From an uncultured Gammaproteobacteria bacterium (GTDB lineage Bacteria > Patescibacteriota > Microgenomatia > UBA1406 > HO2-37-13b), in NCBI GenBank assembly GCA_964477065.1, contig CAYZCU010000001.1, positions 26,042 to 77,487 on the forward strand: 51,446 bases of DNA, written 5' to 3'. The notes below the pieces were generated by a model. That model made no database searches. It was not told the origin of the DNA and worked only from the letters and a program-made list of their open reading frames with translations. The position numbers and the translations under genes were made by a program. Below are positions 17,313-25,265 of the stretch, in pieces; the first letter of the stretch is position 1; every line of letters begins with the position of its first letter.

Positions 17313-18050
17313 ATGCATGCATCAGGAGTCACAGATAAAAAAATCTTCTACGGACTTGTTGTATTGATTGTCTTGACGGTCTTTCTTATCATTGGAATCA
17401 CATTCATTCAAAAGCCTCAGACAACGAGCTCTGATGCACAAACACCATCTCTTGATAACGGCGAAATCATCCCAGGCCTTGGGGGTGATAATCAAAACGG
17501 AACACCAACAACACCCACAACAGACACTGATACACCAGCAACACCTGACTCGGGGACAAAAGTCATTCCACCAGACTCAACATCCACGCAGGTCACGCCA
17601 GTTGTTTCACTAATTCCCGTTACCTCAAGTCCACCTTCGGGCACGACAGTCGCTCCAATTCCAACATCCGGCGTCACACCAACGACTGTTGTGACGACAA
17701 CCACACTGGCACCTACTTCAACAACGAAAACAGGGACCACGCCGACTCCAACGACAAATTTGACAACAACATCAACATCGACGGGAACAGGTACGACTCC
17801 TACTCCAACGTCAACATCTTCTACACAGACGCCAACACCAACAAGTACCGTCCTGGCTCAGGCCTCCACAACGCCCACACCAACAACTTCGACAACATCA
17901 ACCGGGACATCAACGACGACACAATCAAATAATGCAACGACGACTCCAACCACAGCCCCTAAGTCTCTCCCTGTGACAGGAACTGTTCACCTTACCCTCT
18001 TGTTAATAGGGGGAAGTCTTGCACTCGTGGTCTTAGGACTTCTTTTATGA
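17313..18050 (+). CDS. Thr/Pro/Ser-rich surface protein with LPVTG sorting signal
   Basis: N-terminal TM segment, about 170 aa of low-complexity T/P/S sequence, and a C-terminal KSLPVTGTVHLTLLLIGGSLALVVLGLLL. Confidence 0.7.
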   Translation: MHASGVTDKKIFYGLVVLIVLTVFLIIGITFIQKPQTTSSDAQTPSLDNGEIIPGLGGDNQNGTPTTPTTDTDTPATPDSGTKVIPPDSTSTQVTPVVSLIPVTSSPPSGTTVAPIPTSGVTPTTVVTTTTLAPTSTTKTGTTPTPTTNLTTTSTSTGTGTTPTPTSTSSTQTPTPTSTVLAQASTTPTPTTSTTSTGTSTTTQSNNATTTPTTAPKSLPVTGTVHLTLLLIGGSLALVVLGLLL

Positions 18051-18134
18051 CATGCATGAATTCAATAGTTTTGATAGGGTCAGATCACAGAAAAGCCTTT
18101 TACACTAGGTCATTGTATTATTTCAATAACACTG

Positions 18135-18140
18135 TATAAT
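18135..18140 (+). promoter_or_regulatory. -10 box TATAAT for the RRM gene (26-nt leader with SD GGAGGTGA)
   Basis: TTGTAT-16nt-TATAAT, then GGAGGTGA at 18153..18160, 6 nt before the ATG. Confidence 0.45.
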
Positions 18141-18166
18141 GGACACAGGAATGGAGGTGAGAATGC

Positions 18167-18487
18167 ATGGATAATAAAACACAAGGAACGAGACTCTTCG
18201 TAGGAAGCCTATCTTGGAACACAACTGAGGACTCTTTGAAAGATTTTTTTAGTCAGATCGGTGAAGTTGCGGAAGCAAAAGTCATTACTGATAGAGAAAC
18301 TGGACGAAGTAGAGGATTCGGTTTCGTCGAATACACAAACGTCGATGACGCTAACAAAGCTATTGCTGAGTTAGATGGTAAAGAACTGGATGGTCGAACA
18401 ATCAAAGTCAACATGGCTGAACAAAAAACAGACAGAGGAGATAGAGATAATAATCGAAACTTTAGTCGAAACAACGATAAATATTAA
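18167..18487 (+). CDS. RRM-type RNA-binding protein (glycine/arginine-poor tail)
   Basis: RNP-2 LFVGSL and RNP-1 RGFGFVEY; 106 aa. Confidence 0.85.
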   Translation: MDNKTQGTRLFVGSLSWNTTEDSLKDFFSQIGEVAEAKVITDRETGRSRGFGFVEYTNVDDANKAIAELDGKELDGRTIKVNMAEQKTDRGDRDNNRNFSRNNDKY

Positions 18488-18534
18488 TATTTATCCGATA
18501 GTTATGTAGGGCAACTTACATGATGATAGAAAGA

Positions 18535-18556
18535 GGCGGCGCAAGTCGCCTTTTTT
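18535..18556 (+). terminator. intrinsic terminator of the RRM gene
   Basis: GGCGGC-GCAA-GTCGCC hairpin (GNRA loop) followed by T6. Confidence 0.7.
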
Positions 18557-18785
18557 CGTGGCAAGCGAGGAGTAGAAGGGGCATCTTTCGAAGGAGCTGG
18601 CTCGATTGTTGGCTGACGTGCACCTTCACGAGGGAGTTTGACAGATAAGGGACGTCCATCAATCAAAATCGAATCACCTTTTGGAGGTCTTTTGTCAAAT
18701 GCATGAGACAAGTGACCTATCTCATGACCACTATCTCCCCATGCATCACGTTTTCCAAGTGCCATATGCGCCAATTGTATATGCA

Positions 18786-18814
18786 GGGGGCATTTGAATT
18801 CAACCCCCTTTTTA
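18786..18814 (+). promoter_or_regulatory. GC-clamped palindrome/hairpin GGGGGcaTTGAATTCAACCCCC + T5 at the -35 position of the zupT promoter
   Basis: Hairpin plus T-run ends 3 nt before a TATACT box (18817..18822), 15 nt before the ATG at 18838. It could be a read-through terminator or a metal-regulator operator. Confidence 0.35.
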
Positions 18815-18837
18815 TATATACTCTCTCACAGATACGT

Positions 18838-19578
18838 ATGAATACTCTTTTTTCAATTCTTTCAGCAAATCTTCTCATAAGTCTTTTATCGTTTGTCGGC
18901 ATCATTACGGTGAGCACGACTTTTTTCAAAACAAAGAAAGCAACTCAATTGCTTATTGGCTTTTCAGCTGGTGTACTCCTTGCAACAGCTTTTCTTGATA
19001 TCCTTCCTGAGGCACTTGACGGAATTGACGCACAACATGCACTTTCCTGGGCAATGATGGGGATGATTAGCGCATTTTTCATGGAACGATCACTCCTCTG
19101 GTATCACCATCATCATGAAGATTCGCATGATATCCAGCCGACAGCTTTTTTGATACTTGTGGGAGATGCTATTCATAATTTTATCGATGGACTTGCTATT
19201 GCCGCCTCATTTTTAGCAAATCCTGCTCTTGGAGTGACAACGGTCATTGCCATAATTGCGCATGAAGTTCCCCAGGAACTGGCAGATTTTAGCGTCTTGC
19301 GACATTGTGGAATGGACCAGCGCAAAGCTCTCATATGGAATTTTATATCAGGCCTCACCTCGATTGTTGGAGGACTCACGGGATATTATCTTTTTCAATC
19401 TGCGCCTACTTCTATTTATAGTATGCTTGCCGTTACCGCTGGACTTTTTATGTACATATCAAGCGCAGATCTGATTCCTGAGCTTCATCAATCAGGCGTG
19501 CGATCCGGCTGGTTGGCACAATCATGTATGTTTTTGCTTGGAATCGGTATCATTGTCGTTACCGCACATATGTTTTGA
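18838..19578 (+). CDS. zupT: ZIP-family zinc transporter
   Basis: HNFIDGLAI and HEVPQELADFSVL motifs, His-rich loop HHHHEDSH. Start moved to MNTLFSIL (18838). Confidence 0.8.
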   Translation: MNTLFSILSANLLISLLSFVGIITVSTTFFKTKKATQLLIGFSAGVLLATAFLDILPEALDGIDAQHALSWAMMGMISAFFMERSLLWYHHHHEDSHDIQPTAFLILVGDAIHNFIDGLAIAASFLANPALGVTTVIAIIAHEVPQELADFSVLRHCGMDQRKALIWNFISGLTSIVGGLTGYYLFQSAPTSIYSMLAVTAGLFMYISSADLIPELHQSGVRSGWLAQSCMFLLGIGIIVVTAHMF

Positions 19579-19590
19579 CTCGATACTATG

Positions 19591-19599
19591 TGATATACT
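19591..19599 (+). promoter_or_regulatory. extended -10 TGaTATACT, 6 nt from ATG 19606 (leaderless)
   Basis: TGATATACTctctctATG. Confidence 0.55.
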
Positions 19600-19605
19600 C
19601 TCTCT

Positions 19606-19986
19606 ATGAAAACATTTATCGACAACATCGAAACCCTCGCCCTTGAAAACACCTATTTCCGCCGCGTCTTAAGCACGTCGGATCACAGCCAACTTGTGCT
19701 TATGTGCTTGAAGCCAAGTGAAGAAATCGGCATGGAAACACATCCTGACAATGATCAGTTCTTCCGCTGTGAAGCTGGAAGTGGCCGAGTCATCATGGAT
19801 GGTGTCGAATCTGAATTTCACGATGGATTTGCATTCGTCATCCCAGCTGGCACAGCCCACAATGTCATCAATGCATCAGATTCTGATGAATTGAAGCTGT
19901 ACACTATTTACTCACCCGCACATCATCCTGATGGGACGGTTCATGCGACGAAGGAAGATGCAATGCGTGGAGAAAGTGTTGAATAA
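19606..19986 (+). CDS. cupin-domain protein
   Basis: GMETHPDNDQFFRCEAGSGRVIMDG...FVIPAGTAHNVIN (two-motif cupin). Confidence 0.7.
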   Translation: MKTFIDNIETLALENTYFRRVLSTSDHSQLVLMCLKPSEEIGMETHPDNDQFFRCEAGSGRVIMDGVESEFHDGFAFVIPAGTAHNVINASDSDELKLYTIYSPAHHPDGTVHATKEDAMRGESVE

Positions 19987-21857
19987 TGAAGTCTATAGAA
20001 CCTGAAGACAGATTATATCCTCACAGACCTGCCCACGATGTGCAAAGTGTCTACTCTGATTTTTCTGAACGACCTAAATACCCTCTTCGTGAGGAGGAAC
20101 GCACTCAGGCAATAGCTTTTGATAAACTTTTAAGTCGAGGGAAACAACTCAGTGTCGAAAACGGGAAATTAATATCGCATGATCAAGACACAGATCACCA
20201 ATCTGAATCACAGAGTCTTGAAGACATAGTTCAAATTGCAATAAATAGTCACAACATCTATTTTGACTACTTTTTAACTGATGAGGGGAAGAGACGGTTA
20301 CTCGACTTCTTTCCTTACACATTTGTCGACTTTTATACTCGAGAAGACTTGCAGACCTTTTTTAAGAATATCAAAAAGAGAGACATTGACCATGACCGAG
20401 AAGGCTTTTTGAGATTAGTAGCATCGGCCCGTGAGTATACAGAGGATACATTGCAAAAAGCTTTTAATGAGAATGGGGCTATTGCTGAATCAGATGTCCA
20501 GTTGGAAAGATTTACAATCATTGAGGATCCTTCAAAACTTTTAGACGTAATTAGTTTTTATCGAAGAAGGAAATCCCTCTTGCGTTCAATCTCAAAGGAA
20601 GGTTTAAATCGTGGTGAGCTTTATTTTCTTCAACTTCATAAAGCACGAATTAATATGTTGCTTGTAGATAGATATTCTGAACTCCTTGCACTCGTAGATC
20701 AAATCTACGGGAGCACCGCACCTGAGAAAACACAGATCATTGATGAGATACGAAAATTGATGAGTGGAACAACTGACCCTGAGGGGAAACCTCTTGATTC
20801 AAATAAAATAACTGCTCGGACAGCACAGATGGATAAGCGAAAATGGGGAAGTTCTGAAGAGCATAATCCACAAAACCCAGGATATTATTCTGTTATAGAT
20901 AAAGAGACACACGATCTGCTTGAGGTGCATACGCAAACGACTAGTGCTGTAGATGAGTCCGACTCAATAGAACCACTCTTAAGCCCTGAACAAAAAAGAA
21001 GGATTCCATCAGCTGAACGTATGAAGAGTTGGTTTGAGAAGGCATTAGAAGGATATGGTATTCTCAGTCAATATCCCCATGAGGCAAACGACTTCGGGCG
21101 GTCAGGCCCAGCTCCTGATAAGAAATGGCAAGTCGTCATTGATCCAAAGGCAACATCTCTATCTGTTTCTCCAAGAAAACAAACAATAAATATTCCCCCG
21201 AAGTTTGCTTCTCCCCTTTCAAGAGCAGTGTGTCTACTAGACCATGAAATGGCTCATGTCATGCAAGTACATTTGGCAAAGACACTTGGTATACCGATAC
21301 TTGATACAATACAAACTGGGAGGACTTCCTCACTCCATGAAGCAGGAGCAATTCAATGGGAGCGAGAAGCCGCACGTGAATACAACAATGAAAGTCGTCC
21401 TGTTGGGTTCGCATACATGAAGGCAATCGAGTGTCGAGAGAAAGGTGGATCGTTCGGAGACTGTGTCAAAGCATATTATGATGAAAGAGTACGTACAAAT
21501 CCATCTGCCAACCCCAAATCATATGTCAAGATGGCTGTTAAAGGAGTCATGCGTATATTCCGAAATAATGGCGACTTAGCGAATGTAAGTTCTCATGTTT
21601 ACAACAGCAAACCCCTTTCATATGTCGAACAGGAGCAATTCAGACTTTCTGCAGAAAATGCTGGCATGTTGCACATGCTTTTAGTAGGCAGTGCTCATCC
21701 ACTTGAGTTGTTAGAGATGTATAATCTTGGACTTATTGATATTAATTCAATTCCTTTTCCAAACCAGCGTCCAAGTCAGATGCTTCGAGATACTATCTTA
21801 GCATTTGCACAATCGGATGCGCCTGTTCAAAGATCAGAAAAGCCTCAAGAAATTTGA
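19986..21857 (+). CDS. large HExxH protein, DUF1704/MATCAP-like putative metallocarboxypeptidase
   Basis: LLDHEMAHVMQ...GRTSSLHEAGAIQWERE resembles the HExxH...QEGLA arrangement of DUF1704. TAATG overlap with the cupin gene. The N-terminal ~380 aa is unassigned. Confidence 0.4.
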   Translation: MKSIEPEDRLYPHRPAHDVQSVYSDFSERPKYPLREEERTQAIAFDKLLSRGKQLSVENGKLISHDQDTDHQSESQSLEDIVQIAINSHNIYFDYFLTDEGKRRLLDFFPYTFVDFYTREDLQTFFKNIKKRDIDHDREGFLRLVASAREYTEDTLQKAFNENGAIAESDVQLERFTIIEDPSKLLDVISFYRRRKSLLRSISKEGLNRGELYFLQLHKARINMLLVDRYSELLALVDQIYGSTAPEKTQIIDEIRKLMSGTTDPEGKPLDSNKITARTAQMDKRKWGSSEEHNPQNPGYYSVIDKETHDLLEVHTQTTSAVDESDSIEPLLSPEQKRRIPSAERMKSWFEKALEGYGILSQYPHEANDFGRSGPAPDKKWQVVIDPKATSLSVSPRKQTINIPPKFASPLSRAVCLLDHEMAHVMQVHLAKTLGIPILDTIQTGRTSSLHEAGAIQWEREAAREYNNESRPVGFAYMKAIECREKGGSFGDCVKAYYDERVRTNPSANPKSYVKMAVKGVMRIFRNNGDLANVSSHVYNSKPLSYVEQEQFRLSAENAGMLHMLLVGSAHPLELLEMYNLGLIDINSIPFPNQRPSQMLRDTILAFAQSDAPVQRSEKPQEI

Positions 21858-21877
21858 TCTTCAAAAACTTCTCGGCT

Positions 21878-22423
21878 CTATCTAAAGAACCATCGAATCA
21901 GCTCATATACAGAAGCACATGCTTCGTATATTCGGATCATAGGTCGGCTTGACGTCTGAAATGCTCGCCATCCATATGCTGACTCAGCAGGACCAGATGC
22001 AGGCATAGATGTGTATGCCGGCCATTTTTGCATGCCCGCGATGAGCTGAATTCTAGGCATATGCAGGTCATAGGCAATAATGTTGATACTGATACTTTGA
22101 TCACTTTTTGCCATTTGAGATCGTATGATTTTGAGAGATTCACGAAGATTTTCATAGGTGTCTTGAGACTTTTCTTCGAGAATGAGTGCTGATTCTGGCA
22201 TCCCCTTCGCAATCAGATAGTCTGCCATGATGCGGGCATTAGACACACCAAGGTTCTGATTATCTCCGGTGGATAGGATTATCTTGAGGTCTGGGTTCGT
22301 AGCCTGTGCCGTGGTATAGGTGGAATATGCCAGATCAAGTGCCGAAGCCGTCTGAGAGGTCGGGCGGGCACGCGAGCGCACGGTGTACGAAGGGACAACG
22401 ATATAGTCGATGCGGTCGAGCAT
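21878..22423 (-). CDS. DUF218 (YdcF/ElyC/SanA-like) domain protein
   Basis: DYIVVPS...ILSTGDN...SQDTYENL pattern typical of DUF218. No N-terminal TM segment. Confidence 0.55.
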   Translation of the reverse strand: MLDRIDYIVVPSYTVRSRARPTSQTASALDLAYSTYTTAQATNPDLKIILSTGDNQNLGVSNARIMADYLIAKGMPESALILEEKSQDTYENLRESLKIIRSQMAKSDQSISINIIAYDLHMPRIQLIAGMQKWPAYTSMPASGPAESAYGWRAFQTSSRPMIRIYEACASVYELIRWFFR

Positions 22424-22429
22424 GCAAAC

Positions 22430-22438
22430 AGTATATCA
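22430..22438 (-). promoter_or_regulatory. extended -10 TGaTATACT, 6 nt from ATG 22423 (leaderless)
   Basis: Minus strand reads GAAGTTGATATACTgtttgcATG. The box abuts repeat copy a. Confidence 0.5.
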
Positions 22439-22476
22439 ACTTCGGGTGTTGCACACCCGATGTAGAACATCGGGAG
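22438..22476. repeat. nested-palindrome element, copy a (partial)
   Basis: AACTTCGGGTGTTGCACACCCGATGTAGAACATCGGGAG: two overlapping hairpins (CGGGTGT/ACACCCG and CCCGATGT/ACATCGGG) in the DUF218/msrB divergent region. Confidence 0.85.
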
Positions 22477-22489
22477 AAAATTAGGCTCA

Positions 22490-22498
22490 TGTTATAAT
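22490..22498 (+). promoter_or_regulatory. extended -10 TGtTATAAT, 7 nt from ATG 22506 (leaderless msrB)
   Basis: caTGTTATAATaaatcatATG. Confidence 0.55.
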
Positions 22499-22505
22499 AA
22501 ATCAT

Positions 22506-22892
22506 ATGTACAACAAGCTCACTTTTGAAGAAAATCGCGTCATACATTTTAAAGGCACTGAAGCTCCATTTTCGGGTGAATATGACAACCTGTTTGAGCC
22601 AGGCACGTTCATTTGTCGTCGATGCAATAATCCTCTTTATTCAGCTCAAGCAAAATTTGATGCCGGCTGTGGTTGGCCAGCCTTTGACGATTGCTTCCCT
22701 GGGGCTATAGAACAGTCCGAAGACCCAGATGGACATAGAACTGAAATTACGTGTGCTCACTGCCATGGACACTTGGGACATGTCTTCAAAGGTGAAAAAT
22801 TCACTGATACAGACACCCGTCACTGTGTCAATTCCCTTTCGGTAAAATTTATTCCAGATGGTTCAGAAATTCCACCACTTTTGCAACCATAA
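22506..22892 (+). CDS. msrB: peptide-methionine (R)-S-oxide reductase
   Basis: CRRCNNPL and CAHCHGHLGHVF zinc CxxC pairs, GCGWPAF, catalytic RHCVNS. Confidence 0.9.
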   Translation: MYNKLTFEENRVIHFKGTEAPFSGEYDNLFEPGTFICRRCNNPLYSAQAKFDAGCGWPAFDDCFPGAIEQSEDPDGHRTEITCAHCHGHLGHVFKGEKFTDTDTRHCVNSLSVKFIPDGSEIPPLLQP

Positions 22893-22912
22893 CATTTATC
22901 ATAAAATGAGCG

Positions 22913-22918
22913 TATAAT
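22913..22918 (+). promoter_or_regulatory. -10 box TATAAT, 9 nt from ATG 22928
   Basis: cgTATAATcgtggcattATG. Confidence 0.4.
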
Positions 22919-22927
22919 CGTGGCATT

Positions 22928-23854
22928 ATGCCATTGATTGAGGCTAGATTGCTCCCGATGTTGCACACCCGAAGTGCCCGCCGGGCCTTTCTCGCCTCAA
23001 CAGCATCTCTGCTTCTTTGCTTGCAAACGGCTCACGCCCAAAATGAGCCCCCACAACCTCCGTTGCCTCCATATGCTGGGCCTGTTTTTCAGCCTTCTCC
23101 AGAAGCCCAAATTGTCATCGACAGCATTGCGCAGAGATATGAGACGCGCACTGTGTTTCCTTCAACATGGGATATTGGCAAAGAGCGCTATCCACTTGAA
23201 CCTGCCTCTGCAAAAGTTCTGGAAGTCATTGCGTCTGCTTTTGAACATATTGAGCCACTTGTCGGCAGTGCGGATAGATCAAACGCCGAAGAACATACCA
23301 GCTATCCGCAGGAGCTTCGCATCTACACACTGCGCGGGTTGGCTGGATCGCCCGGTGGCGGATACGCTGATGATATGATTCAGCTGACGATTCCTGGATC
23401 AATCACCTTGCACGATCGAGCACCACGAGATATCGATGGGATTCAGCGTCAAGGGACCGTTGAAGATGAAATCGCACATGCGACGATGCACGAGGTGATG
23501 CATCGTTTTACGGTTTTGCATCCTGCACTTTATGAAGATTATGTGCGTCGCTTCTGGAAGCACAACAAGGATAATACGTGGTCGATCAAGGATCGGCGCA
23601 ACCTCAGTGGGTATCGTGGTGAGCCAAATCCATGGGAGATTTACGCTGATGAGCTAGCAAGTGTTTCGATTCCGATTCGTGATGCATTTGATCAGCGACT
23701 TGATGGAACACTATATGGGTATCGAGTGCTCAGTCAAGGTACAAAAATTTTCCTCCTTGCACATCCGGAACTACGACCGTGGGCACAGTCAAGAAATCGA
23801 TCGGATATTTTCACCTCGTTACCTCGCCTTTTTCTCCCGATGTGCACGAGGTGA
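22928..23854 (+). CDS. secreted hypothetical protein with HExxH motif (putative metallopeptidase)
   Basis: Signal-like N-terminus ...RSARRAFLASTASLLLCLQTAHAQ and HATMHEVMHRF. An alternative start at 22958 (MLHTRS) lies inside repeat copy b. Confidence 0.45.
   Translation: MPLIEARLLPMLHTRSARRAFLASTASLLLCLQTAHAQNEPPQPPLPPYAGPVFQPSPEAQIVIDSIAQRYETRTVFPSTWDIGKERYPLEPASAKVLEVIASAFEHIEPLVGSADRSNAEEHTSYPQELRIYTLRGLAGSPGGGYADDMIQLTIPGSITLHDRAPRDIDGIQRQGTVEDEIAHATMHEVMHRFTVLHPALYEDYVRRFWKHNKDNTWSIKDRRNLSGYRGEPNPWEIYADELASVSIPIRDAFDQRLDGTLYGYRVLSQGTKIFLLAHPELRPWAQSRNRSDIFTSLPRLFLPMCTR
22954..22975. repeat. nested-palindrome element, copy b (internally deleted, inside coding sequence)
   Basis: CCCGATGT-TGCACACCCGAAGT equals the full element minus the 14-nt segment ATAACTTCGGGTGT. 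It encodes ..PMLHTRS.. Confidence 0.7.
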
Positions 23855-23860
23855 ATTGAG

Positions 23861-24031
23861 CTAAAAATTCTGTGACACTTGGAATGCAATGTAAATGCCT
23901 ACAATTCCACCTAGGGTATTGCCGATGAGTGAAGCGATTGAAAGCGCTCCTGCGCCCCAAAGCATGGGTATGTATCCACCGATAAGTGATCCAATCGTTA
24001 GGCCTAGCAGGACAATCTTTTTCGCATCCAT
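23861..24031 (-). CDS. small Gly-rich membrane protein (56 aa; GlsB/YeaQ/YmgE-like?)
   Basis: MDAKKIVLLGLTIGSLIGGYIPMLWGAGALSIASLIGNTLGGIVGIYIAFQV. Start reset to 24031 because the tracked extension reads through repeat copy c. Confidence 0.5.
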   Translation of the reverse strand: MDAKKIVLLGLTIGSLIGGYIPMLWGAGALSIASLIGNTLGGIVGIYIAFQVSQNF

Positions 24032-24037
24032 AGGCTC

Positions 24038-24046
24038 AGTATAGCA
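24038..24046 (-). promoter_or_regulatory. extended -10 TGcTATACT, 6 nt from ATG 24031 (leaderless)
   Basis: Minus strand reads CATCGGGAGACCTGCTATACTgagcctATG. Confidence 0.5.
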
Positions 24047-24051
24047 GGTCT

Positions 24052-24088
24052 CCCGATGTACAACATCGGGTGTGCAACACCCGATGTT
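24052..24088. repeat. nested-palindrome element, copy c
   Basis: CCCGATGTACAACATCGGGTGTGCAACACCCGATGTT in a divergent intergenic region. Confidence 0.85.
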
Positions 24089-24113
24089 GTTGCATTTTCT
24101 CAACAACCTATCC

Positions 24114-24119
24114 TATACT
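24114..24119 (+). promoter_or_regulatory. -10 box TATACT, 6 nt from ATG 24126 (leaderless); TTGCAT -35-like box 18 nt upstream
   Basis: TTGCATtttctcaacaacctatccTATACTgctcatATG. Confidence 0.5.
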
Positions 24120-24125
24120 GCTCAT

Positions 24126-25265
24126 ATGGCAATTTTAAAAAACACTAAACTACAGTATGCAGGCTTCTGGACTCGACTTTTAGCTTATGGAGCTGATTTT
24201 GCAATCCTTTCCTTACTCAATATGACAGTGAGTAATCTTCTCGGATACAACTCTCTGGCTGTACTGAAAGCGACAACACCTGAAGAGCTTGCTACATTAA
24301 GCAAAGCACCTTCCAGCGTCCTTATTTCCGGAATTGCTATAGCACTTTTCTATTATGTTTTCTTTTTGGTTAACTCAGATGGAGCGACAATCGGGAAAAA
24401 ACTTATGGGGATTCGTATTATCTCTGGTAAGGATAAATCGCTCACATACGCAACGGCACTGATTCGCTATTTTTCACAATTTATTTCAGGGATGGCTTTC
24501 ATGCTAGGTTATCTCTGGATCGCAATTGATGGAAAAAAGCAGGGATGGCATGACAAAATTGCAAACACATTTGTTGTTAAGACGGGAGCGAAACCTCGCA
24601 CAATTTTGGCGTCGATACTTACGGTAGTTATACTCCTTTTTTGGCTCATTATCCTTAATCAACTATACTCTCAGTTAAAATTGATAAAAGTGAAATCAAC
24701 CATAAGCTCTGCGTTAGATACAGGTCTCAATTCAGACATGAAGACACTTTCCCCAGATGCGAAGGCACACCTTGAGAAAGCAAATGCAGACATAAATTCA
24801 TACATGTCACAGGCTTCAGCTGATAAAAACAGTCCGCTTTTGAAAGATGCTGAGACCGAATATCTTTCAGCCTTGCAGACAGATGGTTCTAATGGCCTCC
24901 TTTGGTATCGACTAAGTTATCTTTATAGCACGATGGGTAAAAATAATGAAGCACTGAATGCAGCACTTAAGGCTGTTGAGGTCAACCCGGCCGTTGCTGA
25001 ATATCATACGAATCTCGGATATACGTATTATTATCTTGGTGACGATAAGGAGGCAGTTAAAAGCTTCTCCGAAAGTCTTCGTATAGATGACACTGATGCG
25101 AGAACTCATCTTGGCATAGCTCGGGCATACAAAGGGCTCGGTGTCAAAGAGGAAGCTATTACTCATTACGAAAAAGCCATCGCTGGTTTTGAAAAATACA
25201 ATGATAATGGCGAGTTTGATGACTATCTCATCAATGCACGGGTCGAATTGAGTAAACTCAAATGA
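24126..25265 (+). CDS. RDD-domain membrane protein fused to C-terminal TPR repeats
   Basis: YAGFWTRLLAYGADFAIL...GWHDKIANTFVV (RDD family), then TPR-like LWYRLSYLYSTMGKNNEALNAALKAVEVNP... Start reset to 24126. Confidence 0.65.
   Translation: MAILKNTKLQYAGFWTRLLAYGADFAILSLLNMTVSNLLGYNSLAVLKATTPEELATLSKAPSSVLISGIAIALFYYVFFLVNSDGATIGKKLMGIRIISGKDKSLTYATALIRYFSQFISGMAFMLGYLWIAIDGKKQGWHDKIANTFVVKTGAKPRTILASILTVVILLFWLIILNQLYSQLKLIKVKSTISSALDTGLNSDMKTLSPDAKAHLEKANADINSYMSQASADKNSPLLKDAETEYLSALQTDGSNGLLWYRLSYLYSTMGKNNEALNAALKAVEVNPAVAEYHTNLGYTYYYLGDDKEAVKSFSESLRIDDTDARTHLGIARAYKGLGVKEEAITHYEKAIAGFEKYNDNGEFDDYLINARVELSKLK

Noticed and set aside
15936-17740. Minus-strand ORFs 15936..16250, 16937..17260 and 17492..17740, which encode GVGVGVGV-type proteins
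   Set aside because: They are the antisense reading of the (Pro-Thr)n coding repeats. The plus-strand genes have signal anchors, Cys-rich domains and LPXTG-type ends, so the antisense ORFs are shadow artefacts of low-complexity DNA.
18502-18774. ORF 18502..18774 (-), with an HEIGH motif and a DGRPLSVKL segment, as a real gene
   Set aside because: Its C-terminal codons are the RRM gene's terminator hairpin read backwards. It has no promoter or SD pattern like other genes, and the HExxH context is incomplete. It is kept only as a possible remnant within a finding.
23861-24106. Peptide motif NIGC(C/A)TP(D/E)V shared by several ORF N-termini (23861..24106, 29136..29585, 22279..22470, 22306..22497, 38152..38364) as a conserved protein domain
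   Set aside because: The shared peptide is just the palindromic DNA element translated in different ORF extensions. The real proteins (TspO, the small membrane protein) start downstream of the element.
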